Positions 46,972 through 57,867 of a DNA stretch of 64,000 nucleotides are shown here, piece after piece. Source of the stretch: an uncultured delta proteobacterium (lineage in GTDB: Bacteria; Myxococcota; Myxococcia; Myxococcales; Myxococcaceae); NCBI GenBank assembly GCA_963776345.1, contig CAVZMH010000014.1, forward strand, positions 64,001 to 128,000. Reading direction: 5' to 3'. Made by a program: the position numbers and the translations under genes. Position 1 is the stretch's first letter, and every line of letters starts with the position of its first letter. Below the pieces are notes generated by a model. The model was not told the origin of the DNA, did no database searches, and was given only the letters and a program-made list of their open reading frames with translations.

Positions 46972-49401
46972 ATGAGCGCCCTGGCCCAGGACCTCCGCGA
47001 CGCCGTCCGCCACCTCCGGAGCCGGCCCGGCTTCGCCGCCGTCGTGGTCCTCACCCTCTCCATGGGCATCGGCCTCAACGCCGCCGTCTTCACCGCGGTC
47101 GACGCCGCCCTGCTCCGGAGCCTCCCCTACGCCGAGCCCGACCGTCTGGTCCACGTCTGGCAGGTCCACGACAGCCACGACCAGCCCTACTTCGAGCTCG
47201 CCTGGCCGACGCTCCGCGAGCTCCAGGCCGACCCCTCCATCTTCGCCGCCGTGGGCGGCTACAACGGCTCGCCGGTCACCTGGCACGACGGCGCCGAGCG
47301 CTCCCAGCTCCCCGCGCTCCAGGTCACCGCCAACTTCTTCGACGTCCTGGGCGTCCGCCCGCAGCTCGGCCGCACCTTCCTCCCCGGCGAGGACGTCAAC
47401 GGCGGCCCGCGCGCGGTCGTCCTCACCGACGCGTTCTGGAGGACGCGGATGGGCGCCGACCCGGGCGTCCTCGGCCGCTCGCTGATGCTCGACGACCGGC
47501 CGTACACCGTGGTGGGCGTGCTCCCGCCGAGCTTCCCCTTCGCCCCGGGGGCCGGCGCCCGGGTGGTCCTCGCCGTCCAGCCGCAGGACGACCTCGAGAC
47601 GCGCCGGAGCCTCAACTGGATCAACACCATCGCCCGCCTCCGCGACGGCAGCACCCTGAAGCAGACCCAGCAACGCCTCTCGGCCTTCGCCGCCGCCGTG
47701 CACGAGCGCTTCCCCGAGGCACAGCAGGGCGTCTCGATGGAGCTGGTGCCGCTCCGGGACGTGCTGGTGGGGAAGGTGGAGCCGGTCCTGGTCCTCCTCT
47801 TCGCCTGCGTGAGCCTGGTGCTGCTCGTCGCCTGCGCCAACGTGGCCAACCTCCTCCTCGCCCGGGCGCGCTCCCGCGAGCAGGAGATGGCGGTCCGGGC
47901 GGCGCTGGGGGCCCCGAGAGGGCGCATCGTCCGCCAGCTCCTCACCGAGAGCCTGCTCCTCGCCACCGTGGGCGGTCTCCTCGGCCTGCTCGCCGCGCGC
48001 CTCACCCTCCCGCTGCTCCTCGCCGGCATCCCCAGCCGCGAGCAGGCCGGCATGCCGTTCCTCGAGCACCTCGACGTCGACGGCCGGGTGCTCCTCTACG
48101 GCGGGGGCCTCATCCTCCTCACCACCCTGCTCTTCGGCCTCCTGCCGGCGCTCCGCGCCTCCCGCCCCGACCTGCACGACGCGCTCAAGGATCCGGACGG
48201 GCTCGTGCGCACCGGCGAGCTCCGCCACGGGCTCCGCGGCGCGCTGGTCTCGGTCGAGGTGGCGCTGGCGGTGATGCTGCTCGGCTCGGCGGGCCTGATG
48301 GGGAAGAGCCTGCTCCGGGTGCTCTCCACCGACCCGGGCTTCCGTCCCGAGGGCGCGCTGGGGGTGACGGTGGTCGCGCCCGACGCGATGGTGGAGAAGG
48401 ACGAGCTGGCCATCGCCCTGAACGCGCGGCTGCTCGAGGCGGTGTCCGCGGTCCCCGGGGTGACGGCCGTGACCCGGGTGAACGCGATGCCCGGCGCCGG
48501 CAACGGCGGCACCCAGCGCTTCCTCCGGATGGACCGGCCACCGCCGACGGGCGCGCAGCCCGAGGCGACCGTCCGGACCGTCGAGCCGTCCTACTTCCGG
48601 GTGCTCGGCATCCCGCTGCTCGCGGGCCGCGCCTTCGGTCCCGAGGACACGCAGAAGTCGCTCCAGGTGGTGATCGTCAACCGGGCCCTGCAGCGGCAGT
48701 TCTTCCCCGGCGAGGACGTGGTGGGCAAGCGCATCCACCCGACCTACGGGGCCGACGCCCCGGTCCTCACCATCGTGGGCGTCGCGGCGGACCAGACCTT
48801 CGGCGCGCTCGACCAGCCGGCGCCGCCCATTCTCTACTACGCGGACACGCAGTCCACCGGGTATCCGGTCACCTTCGTCCTGCGCTCGAGCCGGACCGGA
48901 GTGGGCACCGAGGTCCGCCAGGCGCTCCAGGGGGCCGTGCCGGAGGCCACGGTGCTCCCGGTGCGCGCGCTCACCGAGGTGCTGGACCAGGCGCCGTCGA
49001 TGTTCCTCCGGCGCTACCCGGTGTTCCTGCTCGGCGTCTTCGCCGCGTTCGCCCTGGTGCTCGCCGCGGTGGGCATCTTCGGCGTCGTCTCGTACGCGGT
49101 GGTGCAGCGCACCCGCGAGTTCGGCATCCGCATGGCGGTGGGCGCGGCGCGGAGAGACATCATCCGCCTGGTGCTCCGGCAGAACCTCCCGCCGGTGGTG
49201 GCCGGCGCCGCCGCGGGCGTCCTCGGCTCGGTGGTGCTGGCGGCGGTCTTCCGCGGGCTCCTCTTCGGGGTCACCGCCTCCGACCCCGGGGTGCTGGGCG
49301 GGGTGGTGGCGGTCCTGGCGCTGGTGGCCGTCGCCAGCGCGCTGCTCCCGGCGCTCCGTGCCTCCCGGGTGGACCCGGCCACGGCGCTGCGGTCGAGCTG
49401 A
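46972..49401 (+). CDS. MacB/FtsX-type duplicated (ADOP-like) ABC permease
   Basis: QDLRDAVRHL, LLVACANVANLLLAR, REFGIRMAVGA, ASRVDPATALR; no ATPase gene adjacent. Confidence 0.9.
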   Translation: MSALAQDLRDAVRHLRSRPGFAAVVVLTLSMGIGLNAAVFTAVDAALLRSLPYAEPDRLVHVWQVHDSHDQPYFELAWPTLRELQADPSIFAAVGGYNGSPVTWHDGAERSQLPALQVTANFFDVLGVRPQLGRTFLPGEDVNGGPRAVVLTDAFWRTRMGADPGVLGRSLMLDDRPYTVVGVLPPSFPFAPGAGARVVLAVQPQDDLETRRSLNWINTIARLRDGSTLKQTQQRLSAFAAAVHERFPEAQQGVSMELVPLRDVLVGKVEPVLVLLFACVSLVLLVACANVANLLLARARSREQEMAVRAALGAPRGRIVRQLLTESLLLATVGGLLGLLAARLTLPLLLAGIPSREQAGMPFLEHLDVDGRVLLYGGGLILLTTLLFGLLPALRASRPDLHDALKDPDGLVRTGELRHGLRGALVSVEVALAVMLLGSAGLMGKSLLRVLSTDPGFRPEGALGVTVVAPDAMVEKDELAIALNARLLEAVSAVPGVTAVTRVNAMPGAGNGGTQRFLRMDRPPPTGAQPEATVRTVEPSYFRVLGIPLLAGRAFGPEDTQKSLQVVIVNRALQRQFFPGEDVVGKRIHPTYGADAPVLTIVGVAADQTFGALDQPAPPILYYADTQSTGYPVTFVLRSSRTGVGTEVRQALQGAVPEATVLPVRALTEVLDQAPSMFLRRYPVFLLGVFAAFALVLAAVGIFGVVSYAVVQRTREFGIRMAVGAARRDIIRLVLRQNLPPVVAGAAAGVLGSVVLAAVFRGLLFGVTASDPGVLGGVVAVLALVAVASALLPALRASRVDPATALRSS

Positions 49402-49410
49402 GCTTCGGCC

Positions 49411-49656
49411 TCAGGAGAGAGGCGGTGGCCGATGAGCACCTGGGGGATGAGCCCGGGACTCCTGGGTGCCGCCTCGCTGCACCTGCGACTCGAGCTCCTG
49501 GATGCGCCGCGCGACGGCGTGGAGCCGCTACTCGACGTCGGCGGTGGCGCCTCCGTGCGGGTCCTCGCCCGGAGCGAGCAATGCGGCGAGGACGAGGGCC
49601 GCGATGACTGCGGACAGGATGCGCCGCGATCGGCGAAGCCAGGAGCGGTTCTGCAC
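49411..49656 (-). pseudogene. Small membrane-anchored ORF with an internal TAG at 49528-49530
   Basis: GTG after [27 protein letters not shown], then TAG, then in-frame RLHAVARRIQELESQVQR to TGA. Confidence 0.4.
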
Positions 49657-49807
49657 GGGGGTCCCCCTCTTCGAGTTCCGGGAAGGGCCCCTGTGCAGCG
49701 CCGGTGCCGCGGGTCAGAGGCGCGGAAGCACGGGAGATCCGAGCGCGGAAGGCCCCCGGAATCTGTGGGACGTTCGTTACAGTCGAGCGCGGCGCAACGC
49801 GCGCCGG

Positions 49808-50020
49808 TCAGCGCCCGTGCTTGATGCCGTGCTCCACGGTGACCGCGTCGAGGATGGAGTCGAGCGACCCGGCGTCGGTGGGCGGCGGCACCACGGCAGC
49901 GGTCTCCGGGGTCGAGCCGGCCGGAGCGGGCTCCACGCGGACGTGGTGGTTCATCCCCAGCGCCGTGACGACCGCGAGGATCGCCAGCGCGAGCAGCGCG
50001 ATCAGCCCGAACGAGCGCAT
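49808..50020 (-). CDS. Small membrane/exported hypothetical protein
   Basis: [22 protein letters not shown]; start overlaps the amidohydrolase stop. Confidence 0.55.
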   Translation of the reverse strand: MRSFGLIALLALAILAVVTALGMNHHVRVEPAPAGSTPETAAVVPPPTDAGSLDSILDAVTVEHGIKHGR

Positions 50021-51624
50021 CACCGTGCCTGCTCCGCGGTGCGCGCGTCGTACACCACCCGGCCGGCGACGACGGTCATCAAGATCTTGCGCTGCACGAT
50101 GTGCTCGGGCGTGTCGAGCGGTCCATCGAAGACCGTGAGGTCTGCGGTCTGCCCCGGCCGGAGCTCGCCACGCCACTCCTCCTCGAACGCAGCGTAGGCG
50201 GCCCCGACGGTGAACGCGTGCAGCGCCTCCTCGACCGTGAGCCTCTGGTCGGGGAGCCAGCCGCCAGGCGGCCGCCCGTCGAGGTCGGTCCGGGTCACCG
50301 CGGCGAAGAGGCCGAGCCGTGGGTCGCTGAGCTCGACCGGGAAGTCGCTCCCGAAGGCGAGGTGCACTCCGGCGTCCAGGAACCGGCGCCAGGCATAGGC
50401 GCCCGCGAGCCGCTGTCGGCCGAGTCGCTTCTCGGCCCACGGCATGTCGCTGGTGGCGTGGGTCGGCTGCATCGAGGCGATGACCCCGAGCTGGGCGAAG
50501 CGCGGGATGTCCGCGACGTCGACGATCTGCGCGTGCTCGATCCGGAACCGCGCCGCGGGCGTGACGCCGGCCCGGGCGTAGGCCTCGAGGACATCGTGGT
50601 TCGCGGCGTCGCCGATGGCGTGGGTCGAGACCTGGAATCCGGCGGCCAGCGCCCGCCGCGAGATGGCCTCGACCTCCTGCATCGGCGTCACGACGATCCC
50701 GGTGTTGTGCGGGTCGTCGGAGTAGGGCGCCTTCAAGTGTGCGCCCCGCGAGCCCAGGGCCCCGTCCGCGTAGACCTTGATCGACCGGAGCGTGAACAGG
50801 TCATCGGCTCCGGCGCGGAGCGGACCGCGGCGAAACGCCTCCTCCAGGGTGGCCGGATCCGAGGTCCAGTGCGCGTAGACGCGGATCTTCAGCCGGCCGG
50901 ACCGCGCGAGCCGCAGGTAGATGTCCGCCACCAGCGGCGAGATGCCCATCTCGTGGACCGAGGTGAGCCCCTGCGAGACCAGGAGGTCCTGGGCCCTCAG
51001 GATCGCCTGCTCGATCTCCACCTCCGAGGGAGGCGGGATGGCCTTCTCCATCAGGTCCTCGGCCCGGTCCACCAGCACGCCGGTGGGCTCGCCAGCGGCG
51101 TCGCGGAGGATCCGGCCGCCCGGAGGATCGGGGGTCTCCCGGGTGACGTGGGCGCGCCGGAGCGCCTCGGAGTTGGCCCAGCCGGCGTGTCCGTCCACCC
51201 GGCGCACGAAGACCGGCGTGTCCGGGGCCACGGCGTCGAGCGCGGCGCGGGTGGGGAACTGCTGGTCCGGGTAGAGGTTCTGGTCCCAGCCGCGGCCCTG
51301 GAGCCAGGCGCCCGGAGCGAGCTTCGGGAGCGCGGCCTCGACGCGGGCCGCGCAGTCCGCGGGGGAGCGGCAGCCGCGAAGGTCGACCTTGACCAGCGAC
51401 AGCCCGAGCCCGACGACGTGCCCGTGCGCGTCGGTCAGGCCGGGGACGACCACGGAGCTCGGCGCCGATCTGGCCGGCTCGACCCGCACGATGCGCGAGC
51501 CGGCGAGGGAGATGGCCACGGCGTCGCCCTGGGCGGTCCGGGCGACCAGCGGGGGAGGCGCGTCGGATGGAACGGGGAGCACCGAGGCACAGCCTCCGAG
51601 AAGAAGGGCGGTCAGGAGACGCAA
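50020..51624 (-). CDS. Amidohydrolase 3 (YtcJ-like) lipoprotein
   Basis: [45 protein letters not shown] lipobox after TTG 51624. Confidence 0.9.
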   Translation of the reverse strand: MRLLTALLLGGCASVLPVPSDAPPPLVARTAQGDAVAISLAGSRIVRVEPARSAPSSVVVPGLTDAHGHVVGLGLSLVKVDLRGCRSPADCAARVEAALPKLAPGAWLQGRGWDQNLYPDQQFPTRAALDAVAPDTPVFVRRVDGHAGWANSEALRRAHVTRETPDPPGGRILRDAAGEPTGVLVDRAEDLMEKAIPPPSEVEIEQAILRAQDLLVSQGLTSVHEMGISPLVADIYLRLARSGRLKIRVYAHWTSDPATLEEAFRRGPLRAGADDLFTLRSIKVYADGALGSRGAHLKAPYSDDPHNTGIVVTPMQEVEAISRRALAAGFQVSTHAIGDAANHDVLEAYARAGVTPAARFRIEHAQIVDVADIPRFAQLGVIASMQPTHATSDMPWAEKRLGRQRLAGAYAWRRFLDAGVHLAFGSDFPVELSDPRLGLFAAVTRTDLDGRPPGGWLPDQRLTVEEALHAFTVGAAYAAFEEEWRGELRPGQTADLTVFDGPLDTPEHIVQRKILMTVVAGRVVYDARTAEQAR

Positions 51625-51741
51625 GGCGGGGCAGTGTGCGCGGAGTCGAGGCCGTGCCTCAAGCGCGCCGGTCCGGCAAACGCGAGGTGGCGGTCGTTCT
51701 TCCTGGACCCCGGGCCGGAATTGCCGGACGTTGCCGCCGCC

Positions 51742-52209
51742 ATGCGAGGGCGGGGCAGCGTGCAGGTGGCGGTGATCGCGGCGCTCGCCGTGGGTCTGGT
51801 GGGCGGCCTGGGCGCGTTCACCTTCCGCTACGCCGAGGGGCTCTCGTACTTCAGCGCCGACCCCCGGGCCTGCGTGAACTGCCACATCATGCGGGACGAG
51901 TACGCCTCCTGGCAGCACTCGCCCCACCACGCCGCGGCCACCTGCGTGCAGTGCCACCTGCCGCACGCCTTCGTGCCCAAGTGGTGGGCCAAGGCGGTGA
52001 ACGGCTGGAACCACAGCAAGGCGTTCACGCTCCAGGATTTCCCGGAGCCGATCCACATCACCCCCCGGAACGCCCGCGTCCTCCAGGACAACTGTCTCGC
52101 CTGTCACGGAGCGATCGTGTCGGAGCTGGTGCACGGGAGCACCACGGACCAGGACGCGGTGCTCTGCGTCCATTGCCACCGCGGCGTCGGGCACGGCGCG
52201 CGGAACTAG
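51742..52209 (+). CDS. nrfH: Cytochrome c nitrite reductase small subunit (tetraheme quinol dehydrogenase)
   Basis: N-terminal TM and four CXXCH motifs (CVNCH, CVQCH, CLACH, CVHCH). Confidence 0.95.
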   Translation: MRGRGSVQVAVIAALAVGLVGGLGAFTFRYAEGLSYFSADPRACVNCHIMRDEYASWQHSPHHAAATCVQCHLPHAFVPKWWAKAVNGWNHSKAFTLQDFPEPIHITPRNARVLQDNCLACHGAIVSELVHGSTTDQDAVLCVHCHRGVGHGARN

Positions 52210-52220
52210 AGGGACTCTCG

Positions 52221-53753
52221 ATGGAACCGACCGCTCCGAAGAAGCGCTGGCCGATGCTGGTGGTGGTGGCGCTGGTGGCGGCGGTGGCCGCGGCGGGCAT
52301 CACCGCGCTGCTGGTGAGCATCATCCAGCGGAAGACCGAGGCCAAGCAGACGTTCGTCCGGCTGGTCGAGGTGGACGAGAACACCGTCGACCCCAAGGTC
52401 TGGGGAACGAACTGGCCGCGGGAGTACGACAGCTACTTGAAGACGGTGGACCCGAGCCACACCAACTTCGGCGGCGGGGACGCGAGTCCGGCCGAGAAGG
52501 CGGACCGGTTCCCCTGGCTGACGCGCGTCTTCGCCGGGTACGCCTTCAGCCTGGACTACCGGGACCGGCGCGGGCACGCGTACATGCTCCTGGACCAGGA
52601 GAAGACGCGGCGGGTGACGGAGAAGCCGCAGCCCGGGGCGTGCCTCCACTGCCACGCGAGCATCATCCCGGCGTACCGGTTCGTCGGGAAGGGCGACGTG
52701 ATGAAGGGCTTCGAGGAGGTGGGCGCCATGAAGTACCAGGAGGCGCGCGCCTTGAAGGACGCCGCGGGGAAGCCGCTGGTGGACCACCCGGTGAGCTGCG
52801 TGGACTGCCACGACGCGAAGACGATGGCGCTGCGGGTGACGCGGCCGGGGTTCCTGGTGGGGATCAAGGTGCTGAAGGAGCACCAGGGGGTGAAGGACTA
52901 CGACGTGAACCGGGACGCGAGCCGGCAGGAGATGCGGAGCTACGTCTGCGGCCAGTGCCACGTCGAGTACTACTTCCGTGGGGACCGGAAGACGCTGACC
53001 TACCCGTGGAAGAACGGGCTGAAGGCGGACGAGATCGAGGCGTACTACGACGACGGGGCGAACTTCGCGGACGGGAAGCCGTACAAGGACTGGGTGCACG
53101 CCGAGTCGGGCGCGCCGGTGCTGAAGGCGCAGCATCCGGAGTTCGAGCTGTGGAACCAGGGCATCCACGCGCGGAGCGGGGTGGCGTGCGCGGACTGCCA
53201 CATGCCCTACATCCGCGAGGGGGCGCTCAAGGTGAGCGACCACTGGGTGCGGAGCCCGCTGTTGAACGTGAGCCGGGCGTGCCAGACGTGTCACCCGTAT
53301 GCGGAGAGCGAGATCCAGGCCCGGGTGGCGCAGATCCAGTTGCGGAACTACGACCTGCTCCAGCGGGCGGGCGGGGCGATCTCCGAGATGCTGGACGCGC
53401 TGAAGGCGGCGAAGGCGGCGGGGGCGACGGATGCGCAGCTGGCCCAGGCGCGGGCGCTGCAGCGGAAGGCCCAGTGGCGGCTGGACTTCGTGGCCGCGGA
53501 GAACAGCATGGGGTTCCACGCCCCGCAGGAGGCCGCGCGGCTCCTGGGCGAGGCGGTGGATTACGGGCGGCAGGCGCAGATCTCGGTGGAGAAGCTGCGG
53601 CTCGGTGAGGCGAAGCCCGCGGCCGCGAAGAGCGGGCCGTGGCGCTCTTCATCATCGCCTTGGGTGAGCTGCAAGGGCTCGAGGTGCCGGCGAGCTTTAA
53701 CCGTCCATTCTTCCAGCCGAACATCGCGGAGTTCTGGGCGCGGTGGAACATGA
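52221..53753 (+). CDS. nrfA: Pentaheme ammonia-forming nitrite reductase; native stop replaced by about 37 codons of island sequence
   Basis: [53 protein letters not shown]. Confidence 0.95.
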   Translation: MEPTAPKKRWPMLVVVALVAAVAAAGITALLVSIIQRKTEAKQTFVRLVEVDENTVDPKVWGTNWPREYDSYLKTVDPSHTNFGGGDASPAEKADRFPWLTRVFAGYAFSLDYRDRRGHAYMLLDQEKTRRVTEKPQPGACLHCHASIIPAYRFVGKGDVMKGFEEVGAMKYQEARALKDAAGKPLVDHPVSCVDCHDAKTMALRVTRPGFLVGIKVLKEHQGVKDYDVNRDASRQEMRSYVCGQCHVEYYFRGDRKTLTYPWKNGLKADEIEAYYDDGANFADGKPYKDWVHAESGAPVLKAQHPEFELWNQGIHARSGVACADCHMPYIREGALKVSDHWVRSPLLNVSRACQTCHPYAESEIQARVAQIQLRNYDLLQRAGGAISEMLDALKAAKAAGATDAQLAQARALQRKAQWRLDFVAAENSMGFHAPQEAARLLGEAVDYGRQAQISVEKLRLGEAKPAAAKSGPWRSSSSPWVSCKGSRCRRALTVHSSSRTSRSSGRGGT

Positions 53754-54055
53754 CTGCGACTGCGGTCTTCAGGGAGTACTTTTTTTATAATCGATGGGGT
53801 CGCCGCAGCTTCAACCCGTACCTGAACGCGGTCATCGTCTTCTTGGCCGTCGGGCTCTGGCACGGATCCAATCTCTACTGGATCTCCTTTGGCCTCATTC
53901 ACGGGATCTACTTCTGCTCGTACCTCTGGTTGCGCCCTCACCTCGGGCGATTCCGAAGTCGGGTCCTGAAGCCGGCTGGCGCCGCTTTGACCTATGTCTG
54001 CGTGTGCATGGCCTGGTATCTTCCTTCGAAGATTGTGGCGCTGCTGCGCCTCTAG
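53639..54055 (+). pseudogene. 3' fragment of an MBOAT (DltB/AlgI-like) acyltransferase
   Basis: FNRPF, EFWARWN, GLWHG...FGLIHG; only 138 aa and begins exactly at the nrfA repeat boundary. Confidence 0.85.
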
Positions 54056-54070
54056 TCGGAGGGTGGACGC

Positions 54071-54313
54071 GTGGATGGACAGTCGACGCAGGACCGTGTG
54101 AGGGCGGCCATCGTGCGGGCACTCGGCCTGACGAGTGCTGCACCACACCTTCCGCTCCGGATGGGTTCGACTCCTGGATGGGATTCCCTTGGACACATGA
54201 CGGTCGTGATGGAGCTCGAGCGCGAGTTCGGCGTTCGTGTCCCGGTGACGCGCATCTCGGACTTGGTCGACGTCGATGCAATCGTCCGTGCAATCGCTGC
54301 TGGGATGAAATGA
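54071..54313 (+). CDS. Acyl/aminoacyl carrier protein
   Basis: 80 aa with GWDSLGH phosphopantetheine motif and ELEREFGV. Confidence 0.9.
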   Translation: MDGQSTQDRVRAAIVRALGLTSAAPHLPLRMGSTPGWDSLGHMTVVMELEREFGVRVPVTRISDLVDVDAIVRAIAAGMK

Positions 54314-54320
54314 GGGAGCA

Positions 54321-55498
54321 GTGACGCTCCGGGGTGACGTTGCGGTCGAGGTGCCAGACGAGCTCTCGGAGGAGTTCGAGAAGAAGCTGGCTTACGTGGC
54401 CGAAGGCGTGACCTCTGCGAGTTACGACCCGGTGATGAAGCGGGTCACCTTTGCACTCGCGCACGGGGCGGCGAAACGGACCGATCAGGTGGCGGCCACG
54501 ATTCGCGAAATCGCCGCGAAGCTCGTGACCTCGTACCGTCCTGGCCTGAGGCGGCGCGTTGCGAGCAGGGAAGCATCGAGCCCCGGCGCAGCGGACCCTC
54601 ACCCGATCCTGAGTGACGAGGGGGAGCTCAAGGAGTTCGGGCGGGGGAGGTTCGGCCTGGGACCGAAGATGACGGCTTTGGTCCGAGCTCTCGACGACCT
54701 CATCCTCGCGGAGTTCGCCGAGTTCGCGGCGTCAGTCCATCAGTTTCCGTCACTCATCTCGGGAGAGGTTCTCGACCGGTGCCGCTACCTCCGGAACTTC
54801 CCCGCGTCCCTGAGCCTGGTGACGCACCTGCGTGAGGACCTCACGGTCCTGCAGGGCTTCGCGGCGGCAGTGCGCTGGGACGCCGACCACTTGGAGTTCC
54901 CGAAAGAGGCCTTGAGCTCGTTCGACGTCCTCCTCGCGCCGTCGGTATGCTTCCACTGGTACGCCTGGCTCCAAGGTGAGCGACTCGTCCGCGAGCGGGT
55001 CATCACCGCCATCGGGAAATGCTTCAGATACGAGAGCACGTCCCTTTCCGGGCTCGAGAGGCTGTGGGACTTCACTATGCGTGAGGTCGTCTTCGTTGGC
55101 GACCCAGCTGACATCGCGCGTCGCCGGGACGCAGCACTCCGAGCCGGTGAGTCGCTGCTCGAGGCGCTGGACCTCTCTTACGAGATCGTGACGGCAACCG
55201 ACCCCTTCTTCATCGACTCGTATGCGGTCCAGGCCGCGTTTCAGCGCGGCTTCGAGCTGAAGTACGAGTTCCTTTGTCCCCTTGCTTATCGAGGCAAGCA
55301 GCTGGCGATCGGCTCGGTGAACTACCACCAGGACTTCTTCGGCCGCAGTTTCGACATCACGCTGGCCGGGGTTCCCTGCCATACCGGATGCATCGGCTTC
55401 GGGCTGAGCGGCTCGCCCTCGCGGTGCTCGCGCAACACGGGACGGATCCGAAGCACTGGCCCGGTGCGTTGCAGGAGGCTGTGAGTCGATGGATGTGA
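54321..55498 (+). CDS. Class II aaRS-like (SerRS paralog) amino acid:carrier protein ligase; frameshift at about 55406
   Basis: PSVCFH, motif 2 GKCFRYE...ERLWDFTMRE, SVNYHQDFFG, motif 3 HTGCIGFGL-ERL restored by adding one G; adjacent to the carrier protein. Confidence 0.8.
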
Positions 55499-55965
55499 AG
55501 GCAACGGTGACGGTCCGCCAGGCCGTAGCCAGCGAGCTCGAACGGCTTCACGCGCTCTGGACCGCGCTCTACGAGCACCAGGCGGCGCACGGCATGCGGA
55601 TTCGCCTTCCACCGAGCGCCTTTGAGGCTTGGGTCGAGGGTATTCGCCCATTTCTGGGTCGCTTTGCGGTGGTAGTCGTCGCTCAGTCTGCCGACGCGCT
55701 TATCGGTTTCGTGGCGGGCCGGGTTCGAACGCTGCCGCCCTACTTCGGCTCGGAGCAGGTGGGAGCGATCAGCGAGGTCTTCGTCACCGAGCAACGAAGG
55801 TCCGAGCGGATCGGGGAGAAGATGCTCGACGCAGCGGTGGCCTGGTACCGTGGGAACGGGATCCGGCGGATCGAGCTCCAGGTGGTGGCGAGGAATCCGC
55901 ACGCGCTGCGGTTCTATGAGCGGTTGGGTTGGCAGCGGGAACTCGTGCAGATGGTCTTGGACTGA
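55489..55965 (+). CDS. GNAT family acetyltransferase
   Basis: VFVTEQRRSERIG and NPHALRFYERLGW motifs. Confidence 0.88.
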   Translation: MDVKATVTVRQAVASELERLHALWTALYEHQAAHGMRIRLPPSAFEAWVEGIRPFLGRFAVVVVAQSADALIGFVAGRVRTLPPYFGSEQVGAISEVFVTEQRRSERIGEKMLDAAVAWYRGNGIRRIELQVVARNPHALRFYERLGWQRELVQMVLD

Positions 55966-56099
55966 CACCGCGGAAGGCCCCGCAACGCTCGCCTTTCAAG
56001 GCCCCGGAAGAACACGGATGGTGATCGAATCGGGCTGCTGGCTCGGAGGCGACGCGTCCTACTCCCACCAAGAGCGAGCCCTGGTCGCGCCGCCAGCGA

Positions 56100-56855
56100 G
56101 TGAACGACTACGACGTGAACCGGGACGCGAGCCGGCAGGAGATGCGGAGCTACGTCTGCGGTCAGTGCCACGTCGAGTGCTACTTCCGTGGGGACTGGAA
56201 GACGCTGACCTACCCGTGGAAGAACGGGCTGAAGGCGGACGAGATCGAGGCGTACTACGACGACGGCGCGAACTTCGCGGACGGGAAGCCGTTCAAGGAC
56301 TGGGTGCACGCCGAGTCGGGCGCGCCGGTCCTGAAGGCGCAGCATCCGGAGTTCGAGCTGTGGAGCCAGGGCGTCCACGCGCGGAGCGGGGTGGCGTGCG
56401 CGGACTGCCACATGCCCTACGTGCGCGAGGGGGCGCTCAAGGTGAGCGACCACTGGGTGCGGAGCCCGCTCTTGAACGTGAGCCGGGCGTGCCAGACGTG
56501 TCACCCGTATGCGGAGAGCGAGATCCAGGCGCGGGTGGCGCAGATCCAGTTGCGGAACTACGACCTGCTCCAGCGGGCGGGCGGGGCGATCTCCGAGATG
56601 CTGGACGCGCTGAAGGCGGCGAAGGCGGCGGGGGCGACGGATGCGCAGCTGGCCCAGGCGCGGGCACTGCAGCGGAAGGCCCAGTGGCGGCTGGACTTCG
56701 TGGCCGCGGAGAACAGCATGGGGTTCCACGCCCCGCAGGAGGCCGCGCGGCTCCTGGGTGAGGCGGTGGATTACGGCCGGCAGGCGCAGATTTCGGTGGA
56801 GAAGCTCCGGCTCGGTGACGTGAAGCCCGCCGCGGCAAAGAGCGGGCCGCAGTAG
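56100..56855 (+). pseudogene. nrfA: Duplicated 3' half of nrfA (hemes 3-5) ending KSGPQ-stop
   Basis: Near-identical to 52890-53639; lacks the anchor and hemes 1-2; VEYYF changed to VECYF. Confidence 0.9.
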
Positions 56856-56889
56856 AGCTCAGCGCTCGTGATTCAGCGCGCACTGACTT

Positions 56890-57699
56890 CTAGAGTCTGA
56901 GCTGAAAGTGGCGGTCTCCAACTGGTCCCAGCAAGAGCGAAGCAAGCCACTGGCCAGGGCTCATGTCCCGGAAGCCGGCTCGGACGAGATCGGACGTGAC
57001 CGCCGCGGGAGAACTCCGGGCTCTGCCCAACCAAAATTCATCCAACTCAATAATGATGTTCTTCACTATGCCTCTTTCGAGTGTTTCTTTCGCGCCATGA
57101 AGCACTCGTGTTTCAAATCCGTCGACATCGATCTTGAGCAGATCGATTTGATTCAAGCCCCACTCTCTTACGCAGCTGTCTAGTGTCCGAATGGGGACGG
57201 CGATTCCGGCCCCCGTCTCGTCTGCCATCGTGGCTGTTCTGTTGTTGAAGACGTTCTGGTCCGCTTGTGAAACTCGCCCGGAACCTTCGAAGGAGCCGAG
57301 GCCAAAACCGAACACCGAGACCTGAGATAGAGAATTCGACTCCACAAAACGGCGGAGAAGAGCGAGGTTGGGAGGCCAAGGCTCGAACGCAAAGACTCTA
57401 CCTGACACGCCGACCAGCGATGCAGCGAGCAGTGTGAAGTAGCCGATATTGGCTCCCACATCCACGGCAACCATGCCCCGTTTCAAGATCGTTCTAAATC
57501 GGTAAGTATTTAAAGGTTCATAGCAGCCCATATAGATCATACGGTCTATAAAGTTGGACAAGTCGACTTCTATTCGACTGCCAAACAATCGAGCAGGACG
57601 GATGCCGTGTCGTGGAGTGACGTGAGTAAATATCCGAACCTTGCCACGGAATGGCAGCGGACGCGCAAGTCCCAGAAGGAGTTCTTGTACATTCGCCAT
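56890..57699 (-). CDS. FkbM family methyltransferase
   Basis: DVGANIGY, FAFEP, LLKIDVDGFE; low GC. Confidence 0.92.
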   Translation of the reverse strand: MANVQELLLGLARPLPFRGKVRIFTHVTPRHGIRPARLFGSRIEVDLSNFIDRMIYMGCYEPLNTYRFRTILKRGMVAVDVGANIGYFTLLAASLVGVSGRVFAFEPWPPNLALLRRFVESNSLSQVSVFGFGLGSFEGSGRVSQADQNVFNNRTATMADETGAGIAVPIRTLDSCVREWGLNQIDLLKIDVDGFETRVLHGAKETLERGIVKNIIIELDEFWLGRARSSPAAVTSDLVRAGFRDMSPGQWLASLLLGPVGDRHFQLRL

Positions 57700-57867
57700 A
57701 TGCCAACTCTAGCGCGGTAACGGCTGGCAGAGCAGTAAGAGCCTGATCGGGCCGAACTCCTTGGTCGCGCTCTGTTGGGGTCCGGGTTGAGCGGGCAGGC
57801 GAGCGACAACGAGCTTGCTCTTGGCGATGAATCGTCTGTCTTTCGCTCCAGTCGGAGCTTTGAGAGG

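Larger units (their letters stand above)
52890..56849 (+). repeat. 750-bp diverged direct repeat (52890-53639 and 56100-56849) flanking a 2460-bp insert
   Basis: Constant 3210-bp offset at both ends; roughly 20-25 substitutions counted by eye. Confidence 0.95.

Noticed and set aside
54321..55498. Housekeeping seryl-tRNA synthetase
   Set aside because: No long N-terminal tRNA-binding coiled coil is evident, and it is adjacent to a carrier protein in an island, which fits a carrier-protein ligase better.
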